64,000 nucleotides of DNA from Octopus sinensis (taxonomy: Eukaryota). Of this stretch, positions 63,681-64,000 are shown in pieces. Within the stretch, counting starts at the first letter, position 1, and each line of letters begins with the position of its first letter. Under the pieces are notes generated by a model that saw only the letters and a list, made by a program, of their open reading frames with translations, was not told where the DNA came from and did not search any database. The DNA is taken from the NCBI RefSeq assembly GCF_006345805.1, contig NC_043004.1, forward strand, positions 77,376,001 through 77,440,000. Direction: 5' to 3'. Made by a program: the position numbers and the translations under genes.

Positions 63681-64000
63681 AGGAGGAATCACACAAGTAG
63701 ACACGTGCAAAACAAAATAACTAGAGCAAAACAAACTACAGAGCATTTACCAAAAAAAAAACTGAACGAAAACAACATAAGCAAAGCAAAAAAAAAAGAA
63801 TATGGGGAGGGTTTAAGAACACGAAATTTTAAACGTGGAAATAGTGAAGATGACAATATAAGAGAAAATAATTGAAGAATTAGAAACAATGGGTCTATGG
63901 AGCACAAAAATATTCCCCAAAATAAAACTCTACGATAAAATAATTGTAACGAAACTTAAAATAACTTTATCGCGGACTGAATGCAGACAAGAACATTGAA

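Overview
AT-rich, microsatellite-dense eukaryotic DNA dominated by interspersed repeats. The SINE families and the density of (CATA)n, (TA)n and (CA)n arrays resemble an octopus (coleoid cephalopod) genome; this is inference from recalled repeat families, not a database match. No bacterial-type genes or CRISPR arrays are present, and most ORF-track entries are translated microsatellites. Recognisable content: many tRNA-headed SINEs of at least three families, a near-5'-complete CR1/L2-group LINE (24.2-28.0 kb), further CR1 3' fragments, an L1/Tx1 fragment, three R4/Dong-type LINE copies, a rearranged Ty3/Gypsy remnant, mariner and Helitron remnants, and several MITEs. Two intact single-exon ORFs on the minus strand (30661-29309 and 40435-39761) each end in an OTU-like domain with the catalytic Cys replaced. 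Best leads: (1) this pair of putative pseudo-deubiquitinase genes; (2) a LINE whose N-terminal part has a Myb/SANT-like domain, a polyQ tract and two CCCH zinc fingers, the fingers lying in the APE-RT reading frame and absent from the ORF track; (3) Dong-like LINEs that carry a variable (CATA)n array in their 3' UTR and start next to CATA arrays; (4) several near-perfect inverted duplications or inversions.
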